From the NCBI GenBank assembly GCA_002269645.1, contig NIVC01003731.1, positions 15,882 through 79,881 on the forward strand: a stretch of 64,000 nt of DNA. Reading direction: 5' to 3'. Shown here in pieces: positions 48,758 to 61,365 of this stretch. The stretch is from Macrostomum lignano. Its lineage: Eukaryota. Both the position numbers and the translations under genes were made by a program. The notes under the pieces are model-generated. The model was not told the origin of the DNA. It saw only the letters and a program-made list of their open reading frames with translations, and did not search any database. Numbering within the stretch: the stretch's first letter is position 1; each line of letters opens with the position of its first letter.

Positions 48758-49989
48758 CATTTTGATTGAGTCCAGCCTATTACCATAGAAACAGGATTCT
48801 ACAAATTCATATCTGTTCTATCTATTTAATTATTAGCAATATGACGTATGGAAAGCAATATTTGACGCAGTTTTGGGTTATCTGTTAGCCTCATATTCAT
48901 AATTTTCTTGATCAAACTTCATTTTATCAAATTCTTAACTAGCTTATAGTGGAAATGTGATGGAATGGCCGGGAAAAGTAACGCGCCTGAAGCGATGGAG
49001 TTGTGGGGGAGAGAAGCTGCGCAATGCTCGTATCACCAAGATAGGGGAGGCTGAGAGATGGATGAGGCTTCGTGGTTAATGCGAAAGACTTAGAAGAAGA
49101 CGGAGCGACCGCGGGACAGCGGTGATTAACGTCTGCAAACAGCGGAGCGATCTTTCAAAGCTGATAAGCCGGGCATCGAAGGTGGCGAGGTTATAAGTAG
49201 AGGAAGAGCGGAGAGAAGGAAGAGAACTGTTTGCTACGATGCAGTCCGAATGCAGCCTCGGAATAAGATGGGGTTCACACGTGGGGAATAGTGCTGAAGG
49301 TTGAAGAGATTCGACCCAGGTAGGCAAGAGGCAACAGACAAGCATGTTGATTCGATTCCTTTTGCGACCATTACTTCCGCCAACTGTTTGGGAAACCGTT
49401 ACCTTGGCTTAGAGCTACTCAAACGGTGCACCGCCTCTTTGGCTTTTTGAGCAGTCTCCCAGCATGTTGCGAATTGGGTCTTTATTGCTCAGCGAATGTG
49501 TTTTTTTTTTCGCTACAGCCTCCACTTGAAGGCAACGGCGCGGAGCTCGGGAGAGTGACTATGCTCGTAGAGATGCGGTAGTTACAGGCTTCGGGTCTCG
49601 GGTGCCGCCAGAGAGAGGCAAAACTTCTCTCTCTCTCTCTCTTTCTCTGGCCCGTTTGTCTTTTCCTCCCATTCGCGCTCCCCTGGATACGAGTACGCAC
49701 GCGTTGTGCATCGGGGGCTCTCCGAGGGCGGGCCGGGGGCTCCAGCAGCACGCCGCCTAATTAAAGAGTTGCAGTCAAAGAAACAGAAGATGAAAATGAA
49801 AATGAGAGACAGGCACAGATAGAGAGGCAGACCGGGAGCGGCAGCCATGCAATGCTAATTAGCCCCCGTTTTTTACAGCGCGTACAAAAAAGCTGCAACT
49901 GCAAGGGACCGGGGCTCGGCTACTGAGATGCGTGTTGAATTGGGAGGAAAGTTGAGCTGGGATAAGAATTAGAATTGAAACTTGCATAA

Positions 49990-50850
49990 GGTAGAGTGGA
50001 GCGAGTAGGAGAGTAGAGTAGAGTAAATTAGATTTAGAGTAAGTGGAGTAAAGTATGGAGTGATTAGAGTAGACTAGAATGAGTAGAGTAGACTAGAGTG
50101 AGTAGAGTAGAATAGACTAGAATGAGTAGAGTAGAATGAATAAGAGTAGAGTAGAATGAGTAGAGTAGAGTAGAATGAATAAGAGTAGAGTAGAATGAAT
50201 AAGAGTAGAGTAGAATGAATAAGAGTAGAGTAGAATGAGTAGAGTAGAGTAGAATGAATAAGAGTAGAGTAGAATGAATAAGAGTAGAGTATAATGAGTA
50301 GAGTTGAGTTGAGTGAGTGGAGTAGAGTAGAGTAGAGTGAGTAGAGTAGAGTGAGTAGAGTAGAGTAGAGTAGAGTGAGTAGAGTAGAGTGAGTAGAGTA
50401 GAGTAGAATGAGTAGAGTAGAGTAGAGTAGAGTAGAGTAGAATGAGTAGAGTAGAGTAGAATGAATAAGAGTAGAGTAGAATGAGTAGAGTAGAGTAGAA
50501 TGAATAAGAGTAGAGTAGAATGAGTAGAGTAGAGTAGAATGAATAAGAGTAGAGTAGAATGAGTAGAGTAGAGTAGAATGAATAAGAGTAGAGTAGAATG
50601 AGTAGAGTAGAGTAGAATGAATAAGAGTAGAGTAGAATGAGTAGAGTAGAGTAGAATGAATAAGAGTAGAGTAGAATGAGTAGAGTAGAGTAGAATGAAT
50701 AAGAGTAGAGTAGAATGAGTAGAGTAGAGTAGAATGAATAAGAGTAAAGTAGAATGAGTAGAGTAGAGTAGAATGAATAGAGTAAAGTAAAGTAGATTTA
50801 GAGTGAGTCGAAGAGTAGAGTCTATAAGAGTAGAGTTGGTTAGAGTAGAT
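49990..50850. repeat. (GAGTA)n-derived satellite with a 39-bp higher-order unit
   Basis: A period of 39 is visible at 50460-50740. Confidence 0.95.
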
Positions 50851-51483
50851 TGAGTGGATTAGAGTATAATTTAGGATTAGATATGAAAATAAATACGGCC
50901 TCTCTAGGAGCCTATTTAATAATTTTGCATTGAAAAGCAATAAGTAGAAATGTTCCACATGTAATAAGACAGCCCTAGCCTGACGCCAGCTTAACAAACA
51001 GTCAGACACGGCACAGAGGAGAATGTAATAAAGTTGACCTTCCATCACGGGGTAGCTGTCTTTTCTCCCCTTAGTGAATTCATTGGCTGCCGAATGCAGG
51101 AATTATATAATATTATATTATAATGCTTGAGTCTACAAAGCGGGGGAGGCGGGTTAAGTGGATTAGTGAACGGGGAGGCCCAGGCTTGCGCAAATACTGT
51201 TACGCAATCACTTCCGATTGCCTCGAAGGCAGTTCTCTCTCTCTCTCTCTCACTCTGGGACCGGATCTGCCTGCTGCTAAGTACTGGCTTTGACCCTGAG
51301 TTCTCTGGCTTGTGCATTGCTGACAGACCGAGGGACACTCGGCCAGGTAGGTAGATTGATAGATAGAGTAGGAGATGCGTTGTTGAGTGTGTAGATAAGC
51401 GATCTACTGGGGGGGGGGGCGAGGAAGAAGAAGGAATGAGGAAATATCGAATATGTTTTTTTCCTATTATAATCTTTGGTTAG

Positions 51484-51513
51484 ATATTTTTTCGCCTGCG
51501 AGCGTGTCTCGCG
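51484..51513 (+). CDS. Lar: Candidate 30-nt micro-exon at the meB-equivalent Ig2-Ig3 linker (adds DIFSPASVSR)
   Basis: TTTTTTTCCTATTATAATCTTTGGTTAG| acceptor, open in phase 1, strong GCG|GTGAGT donor at 51514. Confidence 0.4.
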
Positions 51514-53332
51514 GTGAGTAGGACTCTCCAATACCTCAGAGAGGAGGGTAGATTTGTAAGCCCCCCCCCTCCCGAGCTGGGGAGGACAGAGCAGAAAACA
51601 TAACGACTAACGAGTGTGACAAGGTGAGTTGGTCTCAGCTAGACGGGCCGTCATATTCTTAGCCCTTTGCCCGTCACGCGAGGTTTAGAGAGGGTCAGCG
51701 TTTCTCTCTCTCTCTCTCGGATTGGAAAAAGATAGATAGATAGATTTTCTGAAGCAGAGACAGAAGTTTTTTGTAATATTTCTTCCGCAAGAAGAAGATT
51801 TTCTTCCACGCCCCAAAGTTTTGAGAACACGGAAATTCTTCAAGCTGCACTAGAGAATTTGCGACGCGCGAAGCAGCTGTGAGGAGATTGCGTCACCCCT
51901 CCTTACTCATGGGATCAATGTCAGCAGTTCCTTCGCGCCCACTCTTGGATCCTCCATTATTGCCTTCTGGATTTCACGCCTTCCAGAAGAGAGGCAGGGC
52001 GAGTCATGCAACGCGAAACCCCCAAACAAGAGGCCTCTCTGCTTCTAGGAGGTTCTGTAGGGAGAGGGAGAGAAAGAGGCAGAACACGAGGGCCATTCCG
52101 TCACTTCTCTACTTATCCGTCACTTCTACTCCTCATTGCTCCTCCTCTCTCATTTTTTAGGAGCAGCGCAGCTGGTTCCAGCTATTGGCATGCGATGGTA
52201 TATGAATTCTGTTTACACTATCAACCAAGGTTTCCTGTATTTTTTTGTAATCTATAGCAGGCTAAGCTAATGGTAATACAGTTTAGTTGACTGTTCTTAA
52301 CCGGGGGCGGGGCTGGGGAACGAAACTGCGTGGGCGGGATGCCTCGCTCGTCTTCTATCCCATTTTAACCTGGCAAAACATTTCCCATCCCGAGTCAAAG
52401 CCGTTTAGTGTTCTGGGGTGATAGAATATTTCCAATTTTAGAATTGGAATAAATTACCTGCTTGTCAGAGAAGCTTTGAAGCTGTTAGCAATGTTTGAAT
52501 TGCTTGATCACCTTCTTAGCTTTCACAGTTTCAACGTTTACTTAGAAAGTGCGAGTACGTCTGAACTTAGAATGGACTGACAGCATGATGAAGTTTGACT
52601 TTGCTGTTTCCCAGAAACGGACTAGGTCAGTTATCAGTCCCGTTTGTTTAGTGCTATGTTTGTCCCTTAGAACTTGCTGTTTATAACTCTATTGAAAAGT
52701 TGATTGTGCATGGATCTGCGGAGGCAAATACTTCTGACTTCTGAATTTTGTTATAACAATGCTATTATTCAAAACTACTTGTACTTGCAGCTCCTGACAG
52801 GCGAAATCATCCATTGACATGTACGGGCAAGGAACTTATGCAGACTTGCATTAACTAAGCATGCTGCACAATGCCATTTTTAATTTCTAGTATATTTTTC
52901 ATCTTAATATTAAATCAGTTGCTCATAAAAATTTGTATGCCTTGTCCAGCTGCGTGTGGGCTGGTTTTGTTGAGGTCACAACAGATTTCGGAGATTCTGC
53001 ATGTCTGTTCAGCTTGTTAAAACAGTGGTGTTTGTCTGACTGGCTTCACTTAATAGTAGAATTATTACCGGACACTAAATTCGGATTTTGTCACGCGCGA
53101 TCACGTTGCCTGAGGTAATGAATGAGGTAAAAAGCGGCTCCATGAGTTAATAAATACAAGTCAGTTAGTTGCACTTGCTGGTCTGAATGCCCTAGGTATT
53201 GCTACGCCTCAAGTTCAAGTCCCAGCTATCGAAGGAGTGTGCTCAGTGTTGCTGTTTGGACAGGATTTCTCCCGGGGGCAGTTCGGTGCCAACCGATCTA
53301 GTGGTGCAACGTGTTATCATCCTTGATACACT

Positions 53333-53690
53333 GGCTCCCGACTAGCCTCTCTCAACCCCAATGTACACACGCCCCCGACTAGCCTCTCTGAACCCCAATG
53401 TACACACGCTCCCGACTAGCCACCCTCAACCCCCAATGTACACACGCTCCCGATTAGCCTCTCTCAACCCCAATGTACACTCGCTCCCGACTAGCCTCTC
53501 TCAACCCCAATGTACACACGCTCCCGACTAGCCTCTCTCAACCCCTAATTTACACACGCTCCCGACTAGCCTCTCTCAACCCCCAATGTACACACGCTCC
53601 CGACTGGTCTCTCTCAACCCCAATGTGCACACGCTCCCGACTAGCCTTTCTCAACCCCAACAAACACACGCTCTTGACCAGCTCAACCCC
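53333..53690. repeat. 37-bp minisatellite CACACGCTCCCGACTAGCCTCTCTCAACCCCAATGTA, array 1
   Basis: About 9 units. The same family occurs at 57358-57575. Confidence 0.95.
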
Positions 53691-55319
53691 AAGGCTGATG
53701 CAGAAATAAGCGAATAGCACGTTATATTTTTACCGGACTTTAAGTATTGCTAGTATTGCTGGAATTACCTTTGCAACCAAATGAATTACCTGGAAAACAT
53801 TTGTTAACATTTAGATCAACAATTTGAATAAGAAGGTTGGGACCAGAACGATATGGCACATGTCATTCTTTTCTATTGAAAATCGTCACCGTTTTATGTC
53901 ACATTTTCTGTGTTGAGTTTTTGTCTAATATTCGGAATTGATTGCGTTGGGTGATTTTATTCGATTTGCGCCTGCGTAAAACGATTTCTATGAACAAGTT
54001 TAATGCGTCGAGAATGTGAGGCTTAGCATATATATTTTTTCTGTTTTTTTCCTCTTTTCAGCAAAATGTAAGTCACCGAATAGTTCATAAATATCAGAAG
54101 GGCTCTAAAAATATTTGCTTCTGCGCCGAGCTTCTCAGGCGTAGCTTCTCCCGGACACAAGTTTTTGTCAACTTTGCCAGCCCCACAGATTTTTATTGGC
54201 ATAAACAGCTTTTGTTTCTCAATTTGTGTTTGTTTTGTCGCAACAACCGTTAATCGCCTGTTAATCCGCATTTAACGAGAAGGGAGAGTTATTAATCGCT
54301 AAAATGCTTGTTGCCCTAGCCAATATCGCCAATAGCCTAAAACAGTTCAGTTTGGTCTGCAATTGAAATATCTTCAAGTTTTACTTTCGTCTTTGCAATT
54401 AATTTCATTACTTAAACTATTCTTTAATAATTAACTTAACAAAAGTCGTGCTGAACCTATTGAGCGAGGCTTTTTGACCCGAATACTAAAATTCTACTTT
54501 TTTCCACCATATTTCTTAAATAGCCGGGGCTTCTAATCCAACAGAATTAAAGTCAAGCGTACTATAAATTAATTATCATTTTTGGGCATGTATTTGTACT
54601 TCATTTTTACGAGTAATGTCGCTTATAAGGTGTGCAATATACTAACTTATATACTCGCATTGATGTGCTGTAAATATCAGGAAAATTGACTGAAAATTGA
54701 GTATAGTACTCATGTGTGCTATTCAATATGCAAGTATTTGTGTATAAATTGCTCCAGGCAAATTCATTATCCGCTCCTTTTATTGCTTTATTCAATAAGG
54801 CCTATCATAGAGTTTCAAACTAGCAAGTTTTATTTCAAATAGCATCTTTAACTTCAGTTTATCATTAATTAAAATGCTTTAGAGCTGCCAAAACTGTCTA
54901 TTGCATATTTAAATTAATTCAAAGCTATAATTTATTGTTTCACATATAACTGAAACTGGATTGCTACGAGTAAACGCCGTTATTATCGCGTTATTGTATT
55001 AATGACTAAATTATTATTTTTAAAAAAGTGGTAAGCCTGCGCGGTTCAAAGCTAAGTATAGGCAGCGTTGCTATGCTCAAAAATCGCTTGCTTGCAGCCA
55101 GCCTAAATAGAAGCTGATTCCCTTCAGCCCTCCCGTCTTCCGAATCCAGTGTCCTCACTGTCTCTCCAATAGCATTTCTTAGTTTTTGCTCAATATTCTA
55201 CTCAAATACATGGCCTCGATTTGTCGGGCGATAGTTAAAAGCCAAAACGTGAGCGTTAACTCACTTTATCAAAGTGGTTCATTAAAGCAGCTCCGCTCGC
55301 TTTGTTGCCAATTCCGCAG

Positions 55320-55925
55320 TTCGAACAATCAGTCCGCACTTCTCCTCACGGCCGTCCAACGTAGAGGTGACCCCCGGCAGCAGCGCCAACATCACCTGCA
55401 TCGCCGTGGGCTCGCCGATGCCCGTAGTTCGTTGGTTCGACTCGCACGGCGTAGACCTCGACGAGAAGTCCATCATCGGCAAGAACGTGCTGCGGCTGAC
55501 CGACATTCAATCTGACGAGAATTACACCTGCGTCGCCGATAATAATCTTGGCCGAATCCAGTGGATGGTGCTTGTTCGAGTTTTGAAGATGCCCGAGCCG
55601 CCAACCGAGCTGCGAGTTGTCCGCCTGGAGGCTCGAGCTGCTATTATCGAATTTCGTCAGTCGGTGACGCCCGAAGTTCGATCCTACACCATCAGCTACC
55701 GGGAGGAGGCGGCCACGAGCCTGGGCGCCAGTCACAACTGGATCCAGATTGAGGGCGTGCCGAACCAGCCCGACCCGGACGCTGGCGATCGAATGATACG
55801 GGCGCATATCAGAGGCCTGAAGCCGTTCACCAAGTACCAATTGAAGGTCAACTCTATCACCACCAATGCGAGCTCGGTTAATGCTAAGAATAACACTGTG
55901 ATCGAGTTTACTACCAAGGAGCTGG
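55320..55925 (+). CDS. Lar: LAR-family RPTP exon: Ig3 plus FN3-1 (VRTISPHFSSRPSNVEVTPGSSANITCIAVGSPMPVVRW...NYTCVADNNLG...GLKPFTKYQLKVNS...TKEL)
   Basis: CGCAG| acceptor and G|GTAAG donor; 606 nt, phase 1-1. CIAVGSPMP and NYTC match LAR Ig3 (CVAVGAPMP, NYTC). Confidence 0.97.
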
Positions 55926-57357
55926 GTAAGATCTCTGTTAGCTCTGTTACCATCGATAAGTGCTCTGAGATACTTTTTAGAGGGAGAGGGTGAATGATCT
56001 GTTTAAGCGATGCGGCACATTGCCCGACATCTTCCCGCGCACACGAGACATGCCTTATAGCTCGTAACACATGGCACATATTGCCTGACGGCTCCCTACC
56101 AAATTTTATTTGTCAATTAGAGGTGCTTATAGATGCACTGCCGGGTTGGCTTCAGGTCTACCTTGATTTATTGAGCACACTTTCTACAGCGAAAATTCTT
56201 TGCTTTGGATTAAATAGACTCCAGTTCGTCAGAGACGCTCTCTCTGACGGTACTAACCGCGCGTTGTTCACATTTGTTTAACTAACCTGTTCGGCCACTA
56301 ACAAATAACTTAGTTTTGTGCATTTCATCGGTAAAAGTTCAATGCTTCTGTTTGTGGAAGAGGGAAAAATGGTTGGAAACTATGCCGTATGTTCCCGAAC
56401 TTTTTGCCGGCGGCTCTCTAGGCTAGCAAAAAATTATCGTAATTGAACTAATTATAGAAAGTTTGGGAGCCGCAGTTATTGTGTATTTGCCAGGAGTACA
56501 CACACACACAGCCTGCTCATTATTTTGAGTAGTATACGAGTTAGGCTCTTCATTGTTTGTCCCTGTGTTCAGCTGTTTGAATAAAGCAGAGTCAAAGAAG
56601 ACAGAGATAGGGAGGACAGATCAGAGATATGATATGATGCGCAGAAACCAGCTAGAGGCGCCAGTGCCAAGCCTCTGCTGGAGCTCAAACGGGCTGAAGT
56701 GTATTTCCACTCGGCTGTTTCCGGCCCTGCGCTCTCAGGCAGAGTAATACATTTCTGTCCGTGACTCGCAGCGGCGCTGGACTATTTGCCAGCATGATTG
56801 AATACCACCAAGTAGTCATCGGTCTGGACCTCAACCAATGGCTAATATTTTCTCGATTTTTCCCTCAATCGGCCTGTACGCTATGAATACTAACTTATTT
56901 TACTAACGGCACTACTGAAAATGAGTTAACAAGTAGGTAGATGAGAATATTAAAAAATAACAATAATGTGTGTGACTTTTAGCAATTGCAATTTTTTTCT
57001 GCTCCAGCGGCGGGCAAACAGCCGCAGCCGCAGCAGCTTCAGGGCGACATTTTCTCGCCACCCACGCATGCCCGGGGTCTTCGTAAGGCGGAATAGCTTT
57101 TTGTTTGTTTAGTTTTGTGTTGAAATTAGTTAGAAAAAAGAGCTCATTCACCAAATCTAAGATGTTTTCATTCAGCTTCAAGCTTTTCTATTCCATCCCA
57201 TTCTTTGTTTCTTAATAAAATCATTTAATAATAGTCTTAGAAATTTCTATAAAAGAACAACACGATGTAAGCTCAAAAATATGTATTATGGTAGAGTTTT
57301 AACATACACTTATGACGAGACATTCAAATTAGTACATTAGTACATTAGTACAAAGTA

Positions 57358-57575
57358 CACACGTTGCCGACCAGCCTCTCTCAACCCCAATGTACACTAG
57401 CTCCCGACTAGCCTCTCCCAACCCCAATGTACACACGCTCCCGACTAGCCTCTCCCAGCCCCAATGTACACACGCTCCCGGCTAGCCTCTTCCAACCCCA
57501 ATGTACACACGCTCCCGACTAGCCTCTCCCAACCCCAATGTACACACGCTCCCGGCTAGCCTCTCTTAACTCCTA
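57358..57575. repeat. 37-bp minisatellite, array 2
   Basis: Same unit and orientation as 53333-53690. Confidence 0.93.
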
Positions 57576-58516
57576 TACGCCGAATGCCACAGGCCTTTCA
57601 ATTCTGTTGCTTCAGTAACTGGAATCCTTGCATATTGGAAGGTCAATCACTATCATCACAAATATGAGCATCTCTTTGTTCACAGATTCTTCATATATTG
57701 TTTGAAGTATAGCATATATAGGAGGGAAAAACTTTTTGCACTTTTTACTAACCGAAATCACTTTGACTGCGTCTAATTCTGTTTATTGCTCTCTAAAATA
57801 ACAGTAGTCTTTAAAATCGTCGAAGTACAAGTGAAGGACAATTTTTTTGTTTCATTAGTTTCTGCGTGGAGTGGCCGCCTGTCTCTAATCACTGCCATGG
57901 AACGTGAGAGACTTGCTCAAACACGAAATTCTAATAATTAATCTAGCATTTACTGTGCACCGAGGTACTGATATATCAATATTAATAGTTTCGCAGCATT
58001 TTAAAATTGCCGTATTATTTTTAGCGTGAAGAGTATCCGCGAATATGCAACATAATAATAAACTTCTCATAGCTTTTTATTGGGATATTTCTAGCCACAC
58101 GGGCACAATGGTGCCTTAAAGTTTCTTAGTTGCCAGCTTTTAATTGCTATTAAAGTTAATTTGCTCTTAGAATTATAATAACATTTTTAATTAGCTGGTG
58201 CAGAGCCTGTTTACGGTCTGTACTTTAGTCTGTAGTAGAGTTATAGTACTAACAGTAAATATGATGAATAATTAGTTTCTGTCAGTTTGCATGCGTCATA
58301 AAATATTCAATGTTTAAAGAGAGAAGTCCCCTTAGGTATGCCAGTTGCTCACCATAACCAGTTTTCGTTTTATCATCGAATATTATTTTGTAAAAAATCT
58401 CATTAAATCGCGTTTCGTTCACTTGCTTAGCTAGTCTACTTGTGAGTAGGGCTGTCTGCGTATTATTTTCCTACATTGTGAATAACTGTATTGCTTTTTT
58501 GTTCCAACTAATTCAG

Positions 58517-58617
58517 CACCGGGCTCGCCGCCTCAGAACATCCGGGTGACAATGACCTCCAGGGCCTCCGTCATCATCAGCTGGGAGGAGCCGCGGGACG
58601 TCTACGGGATTCTCAAG
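58517..58617 (+). CDS. Lar: LAR-family RPTP exon: first part of FN3-2 (APGSPPQNIRVTMTSRASVIISWEEPRDVYGILK)
   Basis: CTAATTCAG| acceptor (phase 1) and AAG|GTGAGT donor (phase 0). AP-x-SPP...W-E-x-P is the FN3 start motif. Confidence 0.93.
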
Positions 58618-58646
58618 GTGAGTAGAGGAGCTAGTTTGTTGCACTG

Positions 58647-59524
58647 CATGGCATGTTCCACTCACAGATGACATGGCATGTTACACTCACAGATGGCATG
58701 TTACACTCAGATGACATGGCATGTTACACTCACAGATGGCATGTTACACTCAGATGACATGGCATGTTACACTCACAGATGGCATGTTACACTCAGATGA
58801 CATGGCATGTTACACTCAGATTACATGGCATGTTACACTCAGATTACATGGCATGTTACACTCACAGATGACATGGCATGTTACACTCACAGATGACATG
58901 GCATGTTACACTTACAGATGACATGGCATGTTACACTCACAGATGACATGGCATGTTACACTCACAGATTACATGGCATGTTACACTTACAGATGACATG
59001 GCATGTTACACTCACATATTACATGGCATGTTACACTCAGATTACATGGCATGTTACACTCAGATTACATGGCATGTTACACTCACAGATGGCATGTTAC
59101 ACTCAGATGACATGGAATGTTACACTCACAGATGGCATGTTACACTCACAGATGGCATGTTACACTCAGATGACATGGAATGTTACACTCACAGATGGCA
59201 TGTTACACTCACAGATGGCATGTTACACTCACAGATGGCATGTTACACTCACAGATGGCATGTTACACTCACAGATGGCATGTTACACTCACAGATGGCA
59301 TGTTACACTCACAGATTACATGGCATGTTACACTCACTGATGCCATGTTACACTCACAGATTACATGGCATGTTACACTCACATATTACATGGCATGTTA
59401 CACTCACAGATTACATGGCATGTTACACTCACAGATGACATGGCATTTTATACTCAGATTACATGGCATGTTACACTCACTGATGGCATGTTACACTCAC
59501 AGATTACATGGCATGTTACACTCC
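58647..59524. repeat. 20/25-bp minisatellite (ATGAC)ATGGCATGTTACACTCACAG filling almost the whole intron
   Basis: The intron is 58618-59541 (924 nt) and the repeat covers about 880 nt of it. Confidence 0.97.
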
Positions 59525-59541
59525 CACTCTCCTACCGGCAG

Positions 59542-59740
59542 GGGTTCTACATATACTACACAACAGACCCCACGGCGGAGCTGGGCGCCCAGACAAGGGC
59601 CGTCATCCGACCAGAAGCGCGCAGGCACACCATCAACAACTTGGACTTCAACGTCACTTATTACGTCCGTATGAGCGCCTTCAACGAAGTTGGCGAAGGG
59701 CCCGTTAGCGATCAGTACCCGTTCGTGACTCTTCTAGGCA
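59542..59740 (+). CDS. Lar: LAR-family RPTP exon: second part of FN3-2 (GFYIYYTTDP...TINNLDFNVTYYVRMSAFNEVGEGPVSDQYPFVTLLG)
   Basis: GGCAG| acceptor (phase 0) and GCA|GTGAGT donor (phase 1). L-x(4)-TY-x-V-x(3)-AF-x-x-VG-x-GP-x-S is the FN3 end motif. Confidence 0.94.
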
Positions 59741-60534
59741 GTGAGTCCCCTGTTTTTGCCAGTTTGATCAAAATCACTATTTATCTACCTGTGCAAGGCT
59801 TGCCAGTTCACCTGTTGGCTGAGGACGCTTGACTCATTAATTAATTTTCCCAAAACTGGCAATGGCTTGTGAACTAACTAATGCATGAGACCATTGATTG
59901 ATTGATTGATTGATTGATTGCTAATCAAGTTGAAAAATCAAATTGAAAAATCAAATTTTCACCCAGCATTTTGATCAATCACATACTCGCATATTTCTAC
60001 TTATAGTAAGTAATAAGAACAAATTAGTTCCAAGGTATGAATTTTAATGTTGGCAAATTGCTCGCTCAAAATGGTAAGATGAGAAATAAAATCTTGAATT
60101 TATTTGGGTCATTTTAATTGTTACTTTTTTAACACAAATTAACGAATTATAATATTTAGTTTTTAATGAAATTATTATTCAACTTATCTTTACCGCGCGC
60201 GTTCGCTGCAGCGATTTTAACAAAAATATATTATTTTACTTTTATTATGCTTAATAATTCTTATTAATTAATAGTTAGAGGAGTTTATTATTATTATTAT
60301 TATCGCTTTGTATTGCTTCTACAGCAAAGCCGCGCGAAAATCATGGGGGGTCATTTTTTATTAGTAATATCTGTCTGTTCCGAAATCTTCTTTTGGTATC
60401 AGTTTGGAAAGCAGTTTTATCTTCTGGCAGTGGGCGGGGAGTTTTCCTCTCGCTTTTGCACCTCACGCAGCAAATCTGAGACGAGCAGCTATGCTAGGCG
60501 AGCGCGCGATCCGGATAAATGCCCCCGGGTGAAC

Positions 60535-61365
60535 CCCATTGACCCCGTCTGATCTTTGGTGACCCCGCCTGACCTTAGGTGACCCATACTGACCTTATTT
60601 GACCCAACTGATCTTTAGTGACTCCGCCTGACCTTAGGTGACTCCGCCTGACCTTAGGTGACCCATACTGACCTTATTTGACCCAACTGATATTTAGTGA
60701 CTCCGCCTGACCTTAGGTGACCCATACTGACCTTATTTGACCCAACTGATATTTAGTGACTCCGCCTGACCTTAGGTGACTCCGCCTGACCTTAGGTGAC
60801 TCCGCCTGACCTTAGGTGACTCCGCCTGACCTTAGGTGACTCCGCCTGACCTTAGGTGACCCCGCCTGATCTTAGGTGACTCCGCCTGACCTTAGGTGAC
60901 TCCGCCTGACCTTAGGCAACTCCACCTGACCTTAGGTGACTCCGCCTGACCTTAGGTGACTCCGCCTGACCTTAGGTGACTCCGCCTGACCTTAGGTGAC
61001 TCCGCCTGACCTTAGGTGCGCCGCCTGACCTTAGGTGACTCCGCCTGACCTTAGGTGACTCCGCCTGACCTTAGGTGACTCCGCCTGACCTTAGGTGACC
61101 CCGCCTGATCTTAAGTGACCCATACGGACCTTAGGTGACCTAACTGATCTGTAGGAACTCGCCTGACCTTAGCTGATTTATCCTAACCTTAGATGAACAC
61201 ACCTGATCTTTGGTGACCCAAACTGATCCTCGGTGACCCCGCCCGACCTTAAGTAGCTGGTTAGTCCAGACAAACCTCTGGGGGTCCAATGACTTCCGGG
61301 TGACCTTTATTGACCTTCCGTGACCTTGAGGTCTAGCCTAGTTGACCCGGTTCGACCTCCATTGA
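60535..61365. repeat. 20-bp minisatellite GTGACTCCGCCTGACCTTAG with degenerate flanks
   Basis: Homogeneous core at about 60755-61100. Confidence 0.95.

Noticed and set aside
48950-49345. Minus-strand LSLPYLGD motif faintly like the region after the RT domain of Penelope elements
   Set aside because: One short motif across frameshifts and stops. It would need a tblastn or HMM hit to support.
51615-51623. 9-nt segment between GACTAACGAG and GTGAGT
   Set aside because: GAG acceptor, no pyrimidine tract, branch motif too close, and it reads as a stop in phase 1.
52490-52650. Minus-strand DLVRFWETAKSNFIMLS faintly like a hAT transposase dimerisation domain
   Set aside because: The diagnostic S-x-x-x-ER-x-FS motif is absent and the frame is interrupted.
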